Below are positions 21,401 to 34,800 of a stretch of 64,000 nt of DNA, piece by piece. This DNA comes from Cyanidioschyzon merolae. Its lineage: Eukaryota. Where the stretch lies: the NCBI GenBank assembly GCA_000091205.1, contig AP006492.2; one strand, 5' to 3'. The translations under genes were made by a program, and so were the position numbers. How positions within the stretch are numbered: the first letter of the stretch is position 1; the number at the start of each line of letters is the position of its first letter. Under the pieces are notes generated by a model. That model worked only from the letters and a program-made list of their open reading frames with translations. It was not told where the DNA came from and searched no databases.

Positions 21401-24400
21401 GTGTCCAGTCCGGCGTTGCAGTCGGTGTCGCCGTCTGGCACTCTGGAGACGCTCGAGGGCTCGCTTCGGGGTGGCGTTCAGACGCGGGACCCTCGTTATC
21501 CCGACGAGAGTCTTCGGATACTGGAATTGGACCCGCCTCCATTTGGCCATTACCCCGCAGCGATGCAGGCACTCGTCGCTGGAGTTGGAGTCGGAGCCTT
21601 GCAACTTGCTCCAGAGCACATCGGTACAGTTGCGTACGCAATGCCGTTGCCGCAGCACTTGTCGTGCGAGACGTGCCAGACTGAAACGTACGCAGCAGTT
21701 GCTCGAGGTCGGTTGCGCTGCTTTCGATGCCGTCCCAGTCGTGCTGATGGAGCTGACGCCCAAGTTCCGCCGCCAAGGCCGCAAAGCGAGCCCCCAGTGA
21801 CGCAGCGTCTGGCCAACAGCGACACAGTACGGCCAGTTCCAGCGCAACACGGCGAGTATCCATTGTTGAGACAGACGCTTCATCGATTATCGAATATTCG
21901 GCAGCATGACGCTGCGTCTGTGTATCCAGTTCCGTGACTGGAGCACCACGCCCCGGGACCGCTCCCTTCGACAGCACTCGAGTCGCGTCGTGCGCACAAG
22001 TCCAGCTCGCGACCGCCTCCGAGTTCGAAGGCGACGTTTCCGCCGCTGCCGCTGCTGCTGCTGCGCAACGTACGGATGCTTGCGTCTGGACTTGCACAGC
22101 TGGATGAGCATGCGCGATCTGCCAGGTTTCGCGTTGGTCAGCGAGGTCGCTGAGCAGCCCGCGCACCAACGCCAGCAACGTAGCCACGGTGCGCAAGCCT
22201 CGCAGCTCTGCCGGATCCGTAGTAGCCGTCAGCTGCTCCCAGAACTTGGTATCCACCAGCAGCAACATGTCCAGCACATCGAAAAGAGCTGCATGATCGT
22301 CGTCGCCGTCGTCCGTATTGCTCATGTACGGTGTGTTTGGCTGCTGTTGCTGTTGCTGTGGCTGTTGTTGCGTCCGAAGACGCTCCGCTTGTCCCAGGGG
22401 GTATCCCCAGGGCGCCCGCCCGTAATAGAGCACGCCAGCGGGCCAGTGCAACCGCAAAGGCTCTCGCAATGGACGCTTTCGTATCCTCATTGGACGCAGC
22501 AGTTGAAAGATAGAGCGATAACAACGCTCTATAGATGCCCAACAGCACTTGTTCTGGTGCGCTAGGCGCTCCAGTTCCCTCAGTGCAGCCAACGACGCCT
22601 CGTGTACCAGCGATAACTGCTCCAACGCTGGTCCAGCTGCCTTCACGTTGGTGTCCATGAACGATTCTTGCGTCGAGCTGACCAATGCGGTTTGCGAACG
22701 CTCCAAGAGCTGCTTAGCGACGCGTTCACGAGCTCGCTGCCAGAGCGACTGCACACTGCTGTCCAGCAGGTGGTCCAGGGCTCGCCACTGCTGGCGCTCC
22801 TCCTGCTGCAGCTGCTGGACTGCTGCTCGGTAGCGCTCCCAGTCGGCAAGCTGTCGCCACGGTCGCTGCATCTGCATCCCGAAGCGCAGTCGCTGCAGTT
22901 GCCACTGGGGGAGCTGTTTCTGTTGAAGCTCATCAATCGCTTCCTGCACTATCTCGCAGTATCGTACGTAGTAACGGTAGACAAGTACCAGTTGCGCTTG
23001 GATAGCTTGCAAGCGAGGCTCCAGCTGGCTACCGTAGCGCGCAAGCAACCGCCACAGCTGTAGCAACGGAAAGACATATCCCACGGCGAGCGTCTCCATG
23101 CCCTGTCCACAACAGACGAGCCACTGGGGCACACGCTCATCGCCGAGGAGCATCTCTGGGTCTTGTCCAGCGCTCGTACGCTTTCCCATTGCATCCATCA
23201 ACGAGCATCCTGCCCTGGACTGTTCAGAGACTGCGGCGCTCTCGGCGAGCGTCGCAACCTGCAACCAACACGGGAGCGTGTCGATGACCCGCTTCGAATA
23301 GCGCAGAGCACGCTCTTCACGTTGCCAACGAGTCTGGGCGAAACAAGCGAGTCGCATCGAGACTAGCAGCGAGCCGAGCTGCTCCCAAGTGTCGCGCAGC
23401 GCACCATTAGTCGAATCATCTGCATCGGAGAAAGCACAACGCTGGGCAATCTCTTGTGCCAGGGGTTCAAGGAGCTCTCCCAGGAGCAGCTCGAGCGCTT
23501 CCCGCTCCCGGCCAAGGGCTCGCAATTGTTCGCTTCGCTTGGAACAACTATCCCAGCGCGTCGCAAGGTGCATCCAGAGGGCTCGGTCCGGCTCTTGACG
23601 CGCCCAGGCACGCAGCTGGTCACCCAGGCTAGAGAGCGCTGCTCCGTAGCGCCACGTAGGTTCGGCTGCGCTTCCATGCAGCGAGGCACTGGACTCTGCA
23701 ACCGGTCTCTGCCACGCAGTCCATAAATAGGGCAGGGAGTGTGGATGCTGGAGGACGCTCCACCAGGTAGTTGCCGGTTGGATACGCAACAACTGTATGG
23801 ATGCCACCACGTAACTCCGCAGAAGCGCTTCATAGCTGTGCTTTTGCAGTGCTGCGAGCACTTGAGCAGGGAGCTCTTGCGTACAACTCAAAGCTTCCAT
23901 TCCGATGAGCAGCAGCGCGAGAGCTACGACCACACCAGAGCACCACTGAGTCGTTTTCGTATCCACAGAGGAAGTACCAGGGGCAGCAGTGTTGACCAAT
24001 TGAGCCAACAGCCCGGGCAGCGATTGCCAACAGGTGCTCCCTGGCGGTACTGCTGGGTGCTCGCTCGAGTTCCAGCGTCGACCGCAGCCACCATCCGTAG
24101 CTATCTGACCAGAAGCAATCGCATTGCGCTCCGAGAGTGCTGCATTCCGTACAAAAGCAGTACTGCATGCTATCTGTCCAGCAGCAAGGACGTCGATCTC
24201 CGAGAGCACTGCATTCGGGACAGAAGCAGCACCAGTGGGTATCGCTAAAGGGACAGGTAGTGCGTCCGCCCTGCGCTCCAAGTCCTTAATCACGCTCACA
24301 TACGAATCCGAAGGCGCTACTGCTGCTGCTGCTCGCTGCGAATCTCGTGTCCCGTGAGTTGCCTCCAGAGACAGCAAACTGTATTGGTGCCAAAGACGCA

Positions 24401-27400
24401 ACGCTTCCCATTGTGGGGTTTCGTCGGGATCCAGGTCCATTCGAGCACATGCAGTGCCGGTTGATGCGGTGCGCTCTGGCGAGCCTTGCCGCAGTGGCTC
24501 TAGTTCGGACTCGAAGAGGCGCCTACAGTGTGCAAGCGCCTCATCGGAAGCTTCCGCGGCTGCAACAGCACCTGCTCGACTCCACGGCATTCCAGCTGCT
24601 GCAGCAAGCGTTCGCCAAGCCTCTTGTGCGGACGTTTCCGGAGCCGCTCCATTGGGAATCGATGCAGACGCCTGGGCGCGTCGTTCATCGAGACCAGGAA
24701 CACCTCCGGCAAGCACCACATCCAACAAGACTGCCCAGGCATGCCAGAAACGGGTTTGTGCGCTTTCCTGTCTACAAAGCAGTTGCTGCAACGAAACTAG
24801 CAGCCGTCGAGGTGCTCGAGCAAGGCGCACTGGTGCCAACAGGCCGCCTCTCGCTCCAAGTGATGGCTCAGGCTCGCGCTCAGACGCAAACACCGACTCG
24901 AGAAGCAACAACATCCGCGGCCTCCAGAGCGTCGACCAGTCCAGTGCGTCGGTGGTGCACATCCCAGCGACACTCTTTTCGGCATCGAGAAGCAGCCTCT
25001 CATGGTATTCCTGGTACCAGTCAAGCACGACAAGTCCGGCGGTATCATGCAGGGCGTGAAAACGTCCACCTGGCAGCAGTGCTTCCGCTGCTTGCAGTCC
25101 CTCCAAAGCCCCCAGGCGTTCCGCTGCACTCCAGACGTGTGTCCAGCCTGCAGCGGATTCTCGAGGAAGCATTCGGAGCAGCGGTTCCTGCTGCTCCCTC
25201 CAAGCATGACCGTACGCGAGTGCCGCTTCCAACGTCGGTACCGATGGGCGATAAAACCTACGCGCTCTAGCCTCGGCGCGTAGAGCCGCAAGCTGTGCTT
25301 CCGACAGGTCCACACGACGAAGGAGACTTCGATCTGCGGACCCAGGCAGCGTACAGCTGTAGCCGTTAAAGGCCTGCTCCACAATGCGATCATCACGCTG
25401 ACGCAGGGCCTCCATCCACGGGAGCAGCTCCTCATCCAGATAGCCATATACCTCGGCAGGATCGACCACTGCAGGCAACGACGGCATGCGACTCGCGGAC
25501 TGCTCGGTTTCCGAACGACCGTGCTCTTCGATGCCAAGCACCGGTGCAGCAGTCGGATGTTGAAAGCGACTCGCTGACTGCCCGGTTTCCGAACGACCGT
25601 GCTCTTCGATGCCAAGCACCGGTGCAGCAGTCGGATGTTCAAAGCGACTCGCGGACTGCTCGGTTTCCGAACGATCGTGCTCTTCGATGCAAAGCACCGG
25701 TGCAGCAGTCGGATGTTCAAAGCGAGGAATGCGCCACCAGAGCACCGCATGTCTCTGGGGTACAGTTCCAGGAGCCGTCGTACCTCCAGTGGTCGCAGGC
25801 GCGTTCCGAGAGCGACCTGCGGGCCCCGGTGCGCCCCGTTGAGCGTCCAGCGTCGGCACTAGACCTCGTTCCCAGAGTGCTTCCCAGAGATAGGCATCGA
25901 GCGCGTCGGCGGGCGTGCTAGTGCTGGGCTTGATATGCTGGGCGTCATTATAGGCCCCAAAGTCGTACTGCCGCTGCAACAAGGCATCGGCGAGGCAATG
26001 AAACGCGCATGAACCCGACATGAGTGACTCCCAGTGGTGCGGTAAACCGCAGCAGGTGCGCTGCGGGTCGAAATAACGCTCCTTGGCCTGTTCGCTTGAC
26101 TGCATGGCGTGCAACGTCTCCGAGGCCTCGCTGTCGTCCAGCAGGTGCAGCGCCCAGCACACGAGATGCCAAGACAGCGCTACCTGACGAAGCGCACACC
26201 GCACAAACCAGTCGTTTTCTCGTTCGGGAGCGCCCAGCGCAAGCGCTACCCGCATGGTGGCAACCACGACCACGAGAGGCCATGAAAAGCGCACTAGCCA
26301 GTTGTTCAGCTGCATCCAACGGCGTTGCAAGGCTCCGCGTTCCTGGGTGTTCGCGAAAGCAGCCTCGTGGCTAAGAAGCCTCTCGCTTGCACACAGCAGA
26401 CCCGCTAGATCCATCAGCACAAACCAGGCAAGCCATCGTGGCGTGGAACGCGGAAGCAACGCACTCACTGCGCGCTGTGCGGGTTGCTCAGCAAGCCAAC
26501 GAGTGCGAACGCTAGCATCCGTCGTAAAAGCAGCAACAGCAGCAGCAGCAGCAGCAGCAGCAACAGCATTGGCTGGTGTGCTCTTCTCGACTGCTGCGCT
26601 TTCGCCGGGGTCATCGAGCTCCGCATACGCCCCGTCCTGTTGGACCAAGGTATTCGATGTGAATGATTCACGTGCCGGATCACCGGGGGGCATCGTGAGG
26701 CGACAACATGCCTTGGCGGCGGCAGTCAACCAGTCCACAGAGGCCGCATATGCCGCCTCCCTGCCCTGGTTGTAGAAACGTTGCAAGAGACTGGATGCAT
26801 TCGACGTGTACGCATTCGGCAGGGCGCGTTGCCACCAGCACCAGCGCTCACCGCTCGACGAGCATACCTGGAAGCATGCAGCGTCAAGTTCAAGTGCGCT
26901 GCGTATTCTTTTCCAAGCTGGCTGAAACACAGCAACATACCCACGGGTGCTTGATCCAACTGGATGCATTATTGATGCTCGCCAGCGTGCATCGTTTCCA
27001 CTCTCCTGAAAGCGTTTTCGGGACAGGCTCTCGAGAGCATCCAGTCGAATGGCCGTAATCTGCTTCCTGAACGGGCCCTGTATCGTTGACGTCGACCAGG
27101 GAATCTGCCATGGCCAAAAACAACGCCAGTAAAGGAGCAACCACACGAGCACTTGCTGCTGCTGCATTGCAAAAGTCGATTCTGTGCCTGTATCGGGTAT
27201 GGGATGCAGCTGCAGCGTATCCAGTAGAGGTTCACCGCTCAATGACGCGGATCCGGTACGCCCAGGACTGGACGCTCCATCTCTGGGCAGTCGTGCAACC
27301 GGGGCAAGCGAACGAGATGCTCTGCGAAACGTCTCTGCGGAGAACGGCATCAATGGATACGATTCTGGTCCTAGACCGATGAGCGCGAGACGCAAACCCA

Positions 27401-30400
27401 AGTCCAGTGGCGAACTCATCATCAGGAAGAGGCCAGCAGCTTCCGCGTGCTGTCGCAGAGCCTGGATGACGCGGGTGCGGCACAGGTGCACCTGACGGCT
27501 CGCCCAAAAAGCCAGAACGTTCGCTTCGGTAGCGCGTGAAGGAGCGCTGCCCCAGATAGAGGCGTTTGTTGCATCCTCGTGACTCACCGCGGCTGGTGCA
27601 GACCGCTCACCTCCGACGCTGATGGCAACTGGCAACGTCGAGTTTTGCTCGCACCAGCTAGCGGCAGCTGTATCGAACAAGTCCAGCACCCGTGCCAATC
27701 GATCCAGATCGTATTCAATTACCGGACGTAATGGATCATAGAACAAGGAGATCGATGTTCGAGTGATACCGCTCCAAAGCGCTTCGGCAGGTACTTCGCT
27801 TGCCGCTGCAAAACACCGAGCATCCATGGGCTTTGTCGCAGACGCTGCTAGAGCATTCCCTCGTCCAGTAACGTCGCCACAAGGCAATGCTTGCCCCTGG
27901 AAAGCTGACGCTTGCGCGTGTGCTGCCTCGACGGGCTGCTCGGAAGCAGCGCTGCCGCCTACCCACAGCGTCAAACAACGGCTCATGAGCGCCTCGGAGA
28001 GAGCCGGGCTCTGACGTGCAGCACACCCTGCAGCAGCTTCCGAACAAGTTGCCGTCAGAAAAATACGACACCTGGGATGGATGACAAAGCGTCGGATGCC
28101 GGTGTCGCTGGGGTCATCGTGTTGGGATAACATTGGTGGCGCTTCGGGTACCGGGAGCTCGAAAACATCCTCCTCAAGCAGCGGATTCAAACGATCCAGT
28201 AGAGCCGGTGACAACGCCTCCACGTGCCGCAGTAAGAGCCAGTGTCCTTGTTCAAGGGCAGTCAGCAGGCGCGACGGACGCCAAACGAAGTACTCAGGGT
28301 CTTGTCTTGCGGACGATGAAGACGAACGTGCTCTACTGGAGTTGTGCAGCGACGACGAGGCGCATATCGTTTCCCTAGTCCGCTGCTCTGAAGCGTGGCT
28401 GTAACCCCCGAACAGATCCGTAATATCGGTTTGGTTGCTGAGCACCACCTCTGTGAGCGGCATCGCCAGGATTTGCGCCATACCCTGAACAAGGCTGGCT
28501 TTGCCGCAGCTCGCTGGACCAACCAGCAAGCAGGGCCATCGCTGGGTAACCGCTACGGCTAAGGCTGTCCAGTGGGGTGCCTGACAGGGCCTCCATTCCG
28601 GCACGCTCTCAATGGCGAGACTGGGTCCCAGCAGACCGTGTGCACTGGGACCCTGCACCTCGCGTCCCGCTACGAGAACTGGACCCCAGCAAAAGCACCA
28701 CTTCAAGTTGCGGGATGCGTCTGGTGTTTGGATCGTATCCCCGATGTACAAGTCAGAGGCGCTTGGCAGCTGTTTCGATTCGTGTGCGGATACTGTGCCC
28801 AGGGGAACCGCATCACCCGAGTTTTCCGCCAGAGCGTCCCCCGAGACTGCTACAGGAACGTTGTTCCCAGTCTGGAACTGGGGTGCTATCTCAGAGGATT
28901 GCTCTGCCTCCATGGAATGCGGGGTCCGTGAAGAATCGTCTCGAGTTAGCGACTGAGACAGTGGACCTGCGTGCATCGCTGTTGCCCTGTCTGCGCGGTG
29001 CTCGCTAGTGTTGTTGCGACAGAAAAGTGCACAAGGATCCATTTGGAGCCACTTTCGGAAAAGCTGCTCCCGGAACGCAGAAACATACCGAGGCTGCCAG
29101 CAACTGCACGTCACGAGCGATGCAGTGCCGCCCACAACCGGGTCTACGATACCGCAAAGGTGATCCTCCTCAGTGGATGCTGCATCCATCCGGAGCACAA
29201 CTTGCGGCAACGGGGTCCGAAACGACCACCAGGAACCATCTGGTGCTGGCGGATATTTCTCAAAAGTGACTCGTTTGCGCCCGGGTGTCGGTATAACTTG
29301 GTTTCCTGCATTTGACTCGCCGTTGTGTGCATCCAAGCGCTGCGTAACGAAAACTCGTGATAGAGAAAGCGAACCTTTTGGATGCTTTTCCGTGACCGTC
29401 TGTGAAAGGTATCCTTTCCGGTGCGCATGATCACTATCATCGTTATCCTTGTTCTTATCGTCATCATCGTCGTCGTCGTCGTCAGCAGCGGCAGCAGCAG
29501 CAGCACCGGATTTAGTTGCATGCTCATGGACTGCCGCCAATACACGAGATGCTTTCCCGGGTGCTTCCGCATCTCCAGGGCTTGACCCCTGCACAGTATC
29601 CTTCCCAAATACCGGATGCACGGCAACATCCACTTTGCGCCCTGTATGCGCAACAGCTAGAGTCTCGGGGACTGAAACCGCTCGTTGGGCAACCTCCAGC
29701 GGCATCGGCAGAAGCAGCTGAGCCCAGCTGCGCAGCGGCACACTGGGGTACGCATTCCAGAGCGTTGCCAGACGCAGCACATCCCGCATCGTGGCTGGTT
29801 GTGCATGAACCAGGCTCAACTTTTGAGGCCACCAGTGCGTCAGCTGTTGCAACACGTCAGGAAACTGCTCCAATGATGGAAATCGTAGCCTCAGAACCGC
29901 TTCATAGTCTGCAGCATCATAGTCGTCGCAGGGAATCCGCCAAAAGCGGTTCAGAAAACTGCGTGGGAGCGAACGCCGCCCCAGCGTCGTTCCCGCAGGA
30001 TTCTGTGTTGCGAAGAAACGAAAACCCTCGGATGCTGGAAGCGAAAGTGCAAGCTCCGGAACATGGAGCATTCGGCGATGATCCAACACTGCATTGAGAC
30101 CTTCGAGAACCGACTGACTCGCCAGGTTCAGTTCATCAACGAGAATCCAGTCGCCTCGCTCCATTGCCGTATACAGTGGACCTCTCCGGAAGCAGAACCC
30201 GCTGCCGTGGGGAACAAAGGTCCCCACCAGGTCCATCATTTCGGTGAACTCGCTGAGATTCACCCGGTGCACCTTTTTGGAGAGCGTTTCAGCAAGCGCC
30301 AAAACAAGTTGGGTCTTCCCGACCCCTGGCGGGCCCTCCAGCAGAACAGGTCGCTGATCCACAGCACGAACTCGCTCCAAGCGTCGCAGGTTGCGTTGCA

Positions 30401-31759
30401 CTGTGGGAGCAGTCCAGCACCAGGAAGGGCGCCCGGTCGACTCGACCGGTTGGCGCTGGTGCTGCAGTACTTGTCGCTCATGTTGCAGTTGCACACCATG
30501 TATCGCAACTGCATGTTCGTCTTGAAAAAGGCTCTGCAACTCGTTCCGAAGCGAGAGTCGAGACACTGGCGACAAACTCCAGGCACTCTCCCAGAAGGCT
30601 TCGAGGGCCTCGTAGAGGGCCGCAACCACAGCACCTCGATGTTGCTGTTGCTGTTGCTGTTGCTGTTGCGCTCGATAGATACGAATACAGGCCACGAGGT
30701 CCCGAATGCTCATAGCAGGCTGCTGGAGCATACGCTGACGCTGGAGAAGCCATTCGAGGGCGCGCTTCCAGAGTTCCAGCACCAGCGGTGGTTCGCTTGC
30801 CAACAGCTCCGCAGCCACCGGGAAGAGATCATCGCAGGAGCCCTCATAGGGTATCCATATCTCGGTAAAGCGATTCCGTATGGCAGCGGAGAGTTCCTTC
30901 TTGCCAAAGTCACCGCTGGGGTTCATACAAGCGAAGACGCCAAAGCCCGGAGCTGCCTGCACCTCTGGAAGGGGTTCACCTCCGTGTTCACTGAGCACCA
31001 GTTTGCCTGCGGGTTCTAGCACACTGTTCAGACGCTCCACCACAGCGTCGTCGATCATGTTGATTTCATCAATCAGGAGGAACGCACCTTGTCTCATCGC
31101 CGAGGTGAGTGCTCCATCTTGCCACTTGAAACGAGGTTTTCTCGTGCTCGTAACCACTTTGGATGCCGTTGTAGCGCAACTCTGCGGCACGGCAGTCGAT
31201 GGAGGATCGTTCAGGGCCTCTGTGCTCACTACGGGAACGTAACGACCTACGAGGTCCGCAGCTTCCGTATGACGATGACCATTCAGGGTATAGAGTGGCC
31301 GATTCAGGGCAGCAGCTAATACGGCACAGACCGTGCTTTTGCCGATACCGGTCTCACCAATTAGAAGTACCGGTTCTTGGTTAAGAATGGCGTGTAAAGC
31401 GAGTCCTAGTACGCGTTGCAGACTCGGAACCATGACGAGTCCCAATGCCTCCACCGCAGTTGCCTCAATGCGTTGCCACAGGAGTGTCCCCAACGGCACC
31501 GAGCCCGATCGATGCAACGCGTTGCCAGTTTGGTGATGTCGCTGCTGTTGCTGCTGCTGCGTCTGATAGACTTGATCTGCGCTTGCTTGGGGCTGCTGTT
31601 GCGGCATTTCTGCCTCATGGTCTTGATCTGCGCCTGTACTGTCGAATAGATTCAACCAGGGACACTGGTCGCGCTCAGGTAGCGAATCCAGCAGTTCCCG
31701 GAGCGTCAACGGTGGAAGCACATCCACCATCGCCATGATGGTATGCTCCCTAGTCACCG

Positions 31760-31801
<42 letters not shown>

Positions 31802-34800
31802 GCTCGCTTGTCGACGCTTGCACGCCACTGGACGTCCTCGCGTCATTTCGTGGTGACTCCTCCACGACACCCAGACCTATGTGTTGACAGAGTACTCTCC
31901 AGACAGCGTTACGTTCCGCGGGTTCGCGCAGGCGCTCCACCAGCAAACAACGACCGTGGAAACGTAGCGCTTGCCGATCACGTGCTCGCCGGTTGGCCCA
32001 GCGGAAGAGGTCCCGCGCGGTTACCAGGCCTTCTGTGCCGGCAAAAATGCGTTCCGTACAGCGTCGCAGTTGCAAGTCTCGCAGAATACGAACCATGGCG
32101 CTCGCAAAGCTAGCCGGTACCTCGTAACAGATACCGAGGATCTCTAGGAGCTCCTCATCTTGCATCTCGGGCAGATGAATGAGAACAAAACGAGAGCGAA
32201 ATGCCGGAGAGAGCATTTTGCGTCCACCATAGCGGCTACCACTGGGATTCTGGGTAGCAAACAGAGCAAACTGCGAATGCGCTTGTACCACTTGACCAGT
32301 TTCCGGAATGACGAGTTCACGATTTTCGTCCAAGAGTCGGTTGATGGACTCGAGAACGTCACCGGGAGCCAGGTTGAGCTCATCGAGAAGCACCCAGTGT
32401 CCGTGACGAGCAGCGCGCACCAAAGGACCCTCGACAAACCGTAGACACCCATCAGGTCCTACCAAATACCGACCCAGGTATTCGCTCACATCCGTGTGCT
32501 CGTGTTGATTGAGTCGAATAAGTTCGTGACCGGTACGCTCGGCCAGGTGCTTGACCAAGGCGGTCTTACCGACCGCAGTTGCACCCTCGATGAGCACTGG
32601 CGTCTTCTGGAGTCCATCGACCAGTGCCCGGGCGATATCTGACAGCGCTTTCACCATCGTTCGTGTACAGACGAACGTCGGGCTGCAACCTCGGGTACTG
32701 GCAGTGCTCAACGTCGCCGAGACACCTTTGGTGAGCAGCTGCTTGCAAGCAGCACCTGACGCAGCGGTAACGGAGTGTTCTCCCGGTACGCGGATCTCTC
32801 GTCGAGACTCGCTGGCGGGTACCTGAGCCTCACCATTCGTAGCTTGACTGGAGGCAGGCGAGGCACCTGGCTGTACCAGGGTGAGCCACTGGCCTCCGAC
32901 ATCGACCACTGGACGCTTTCGTGGTATCGCCGGTAACAGTTTCGTCACTGGCGTGAGCAGATGACGCTCGGGTGTTGCCAAGTCAGCAGCCAGGAGCTCG
33001 TACGCGAGATGCAGCACACGTTGGCGGCTTGTCTCCGCGAGAAAAGTGCTGAAACCAAGACAAGCGCCTTCGTAGAGAGCCCTGCGAGCATCTAAACCGC
33101 ACTGAGTGAGGTGCAGCGCCAGTCGCAGCATCCGACTGAGCGTTCGCAGCGGAAAACGGGGAGCAGTCCCGTCACCAGCGCTGGACAAACTCGAACGAGC
33201 CAGTCCGCGCACTCGTTGATAAAAAAGCACTACACGCTTCGTCAAAGAATGTTCGGTATCGACCCGAGCTTGACTCGGATGCAGACGCTTCGTAAAGAGG
33301 TGCTCCACCAGGCGATGCAGGTCCTCGTCTGGAAGCTCATCGTTCAACCGAATAGTCGTGAAACGTCTCTGGAGGCTCGCGGGTAACGCTTTCCGGCCAA
33401 TGTTGGTCTCCGGGTTCATACAGGCTACGAGTCGGAAAGCTGGATGTCGGTTGATGCTACTACTAGCCGACAACACAGCGACTTGGTTGCGGTGCCTGGG
33501 CGGCAACGATGCCGTTGGCGAGTGTGCTGTGCTTTCCCATATCGAGTCGAGTACGCCAGTAAGGCGTTCCAGACAAGCCGCCGGAGCTAAGTTCAGTTCG
33601 TCGAGGAGCAACAGGTCGCCACGACGAAGCGCTAGCGCCAACAAGCCTTCTCGAAAAGCGAAGCGCAAAGGCGGCTCTGCCTCCGCTGTTGGTGTCTCGC
33701 GGACGAGCACGTCGCTCTCGTCATCGTCCATTTCGTTGTCCAGGGCGGTAGCAACAGCGTCAGAACAATCGCTTCGGCTCTGCAAGTGCTGTCGTTTGTC
33801 CAGCCAGCGTACTTTGCGAGCACCAGATGTATCAATAGAACCGGAAGCCGGCTCGCTCGTGGACGTCACAAGAGTGCGGTGTCGCTTTCGCAACCGTGAG
33901 CGCTTTTCCAACGCTGTGGACCCGTAGGCATCCTCCATTTGCGAAACGAGTCGCTGTACCTGATCCCAGTGCGCCCGCTGCTGGTGACCTTCGAGGCGGC
34001 CACTGCTCGCCACTCTGGTAAAGAGGCTGCGGGCGAGTCGAACTAGGCGACTCGCGTCACGACGACGGGCCATTAGACGAAGCTGCAGGATCAAGTCCTG
34101 GTTACGATGCGTGGAGAAGGTTGTGCTGAATGCAACCTCCAGCTCATACGCCAAGTCTTGCAGGAGTTTGCGCGTATCGATCGGTTGATAGCCACCAAAC
34201 AGTTCCGTGAGGTCGCTCTGCTGCGACATATTGAGCACGACGAGTCGTCGTCCCAGACTTTTCGCCAGCTCCTGTACCATAAACGTTTTCCCGACACCTG
34301 TTTCGCCAATCAAGAGGACTGGCTCATCGTGATCGAGTGCTCTGTAGAGTTGACCTAGCGCCGTGCAGCTGGTCTCGGTGGGCGCTACGGCCATGCGTTC
34401 CAGCAGTTGCGGCAGAGGTGACTGCTTCCACGCTAGCGACCACCATATGCGTGCCTCATGGGCAGAGAGACTCCACTGGCTAGCCAGTGCTGTGAGCAGA
34501 GCATCCTCCACGTGCTTGTCTTCGGCAGCAGCCGGCGGCAACAGCGGTGCCAGAACATCCAGCGCATGGATGAGCGCAACCTCAGGAGTCAACGGTTCGG
34601 TGAGCGCCTCTTGGGTGCGCGCTAAACGAGTAGCCAAACGAACTGCTTCGTTCAGTCCCGGAAGCGGGAGATTGTCGGCGAGTTTCCGACAGCACGCCGC
34701 GGTGCAGTCTACGCTAGCGAGGACGCGATCGATCCACGGGGTGCAAGTTGGGAATCGTTCCCCGAGCAGTTGGTGACGCTCCGCTCTCGCATACGGTGGC

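Noticed and set aside
25491-25724. Possibility that the 78-bp x 3 direct repeats form a CRISPR-like array
   Set aside because: The copies are directly adjacent with no spacers. They are in-frame within a eukaryotic coding sequence and the unit is longer than typical CRISPR repeats, so this is a coding tandem duplication.
19031-27500. Many long antisense ORFs inside the midasin CDS (e.g. 20383-21198, 21071-21937, 24347-25270, 24797-25750, 26254-26775)
   Set aside because: They lie opposite a strongly supported 18-kb coding region in a GC-rich sequence where stop codons are rare. None has recognisable motifs, and several start with GTG/TTG rather than ATG in the ORF track.
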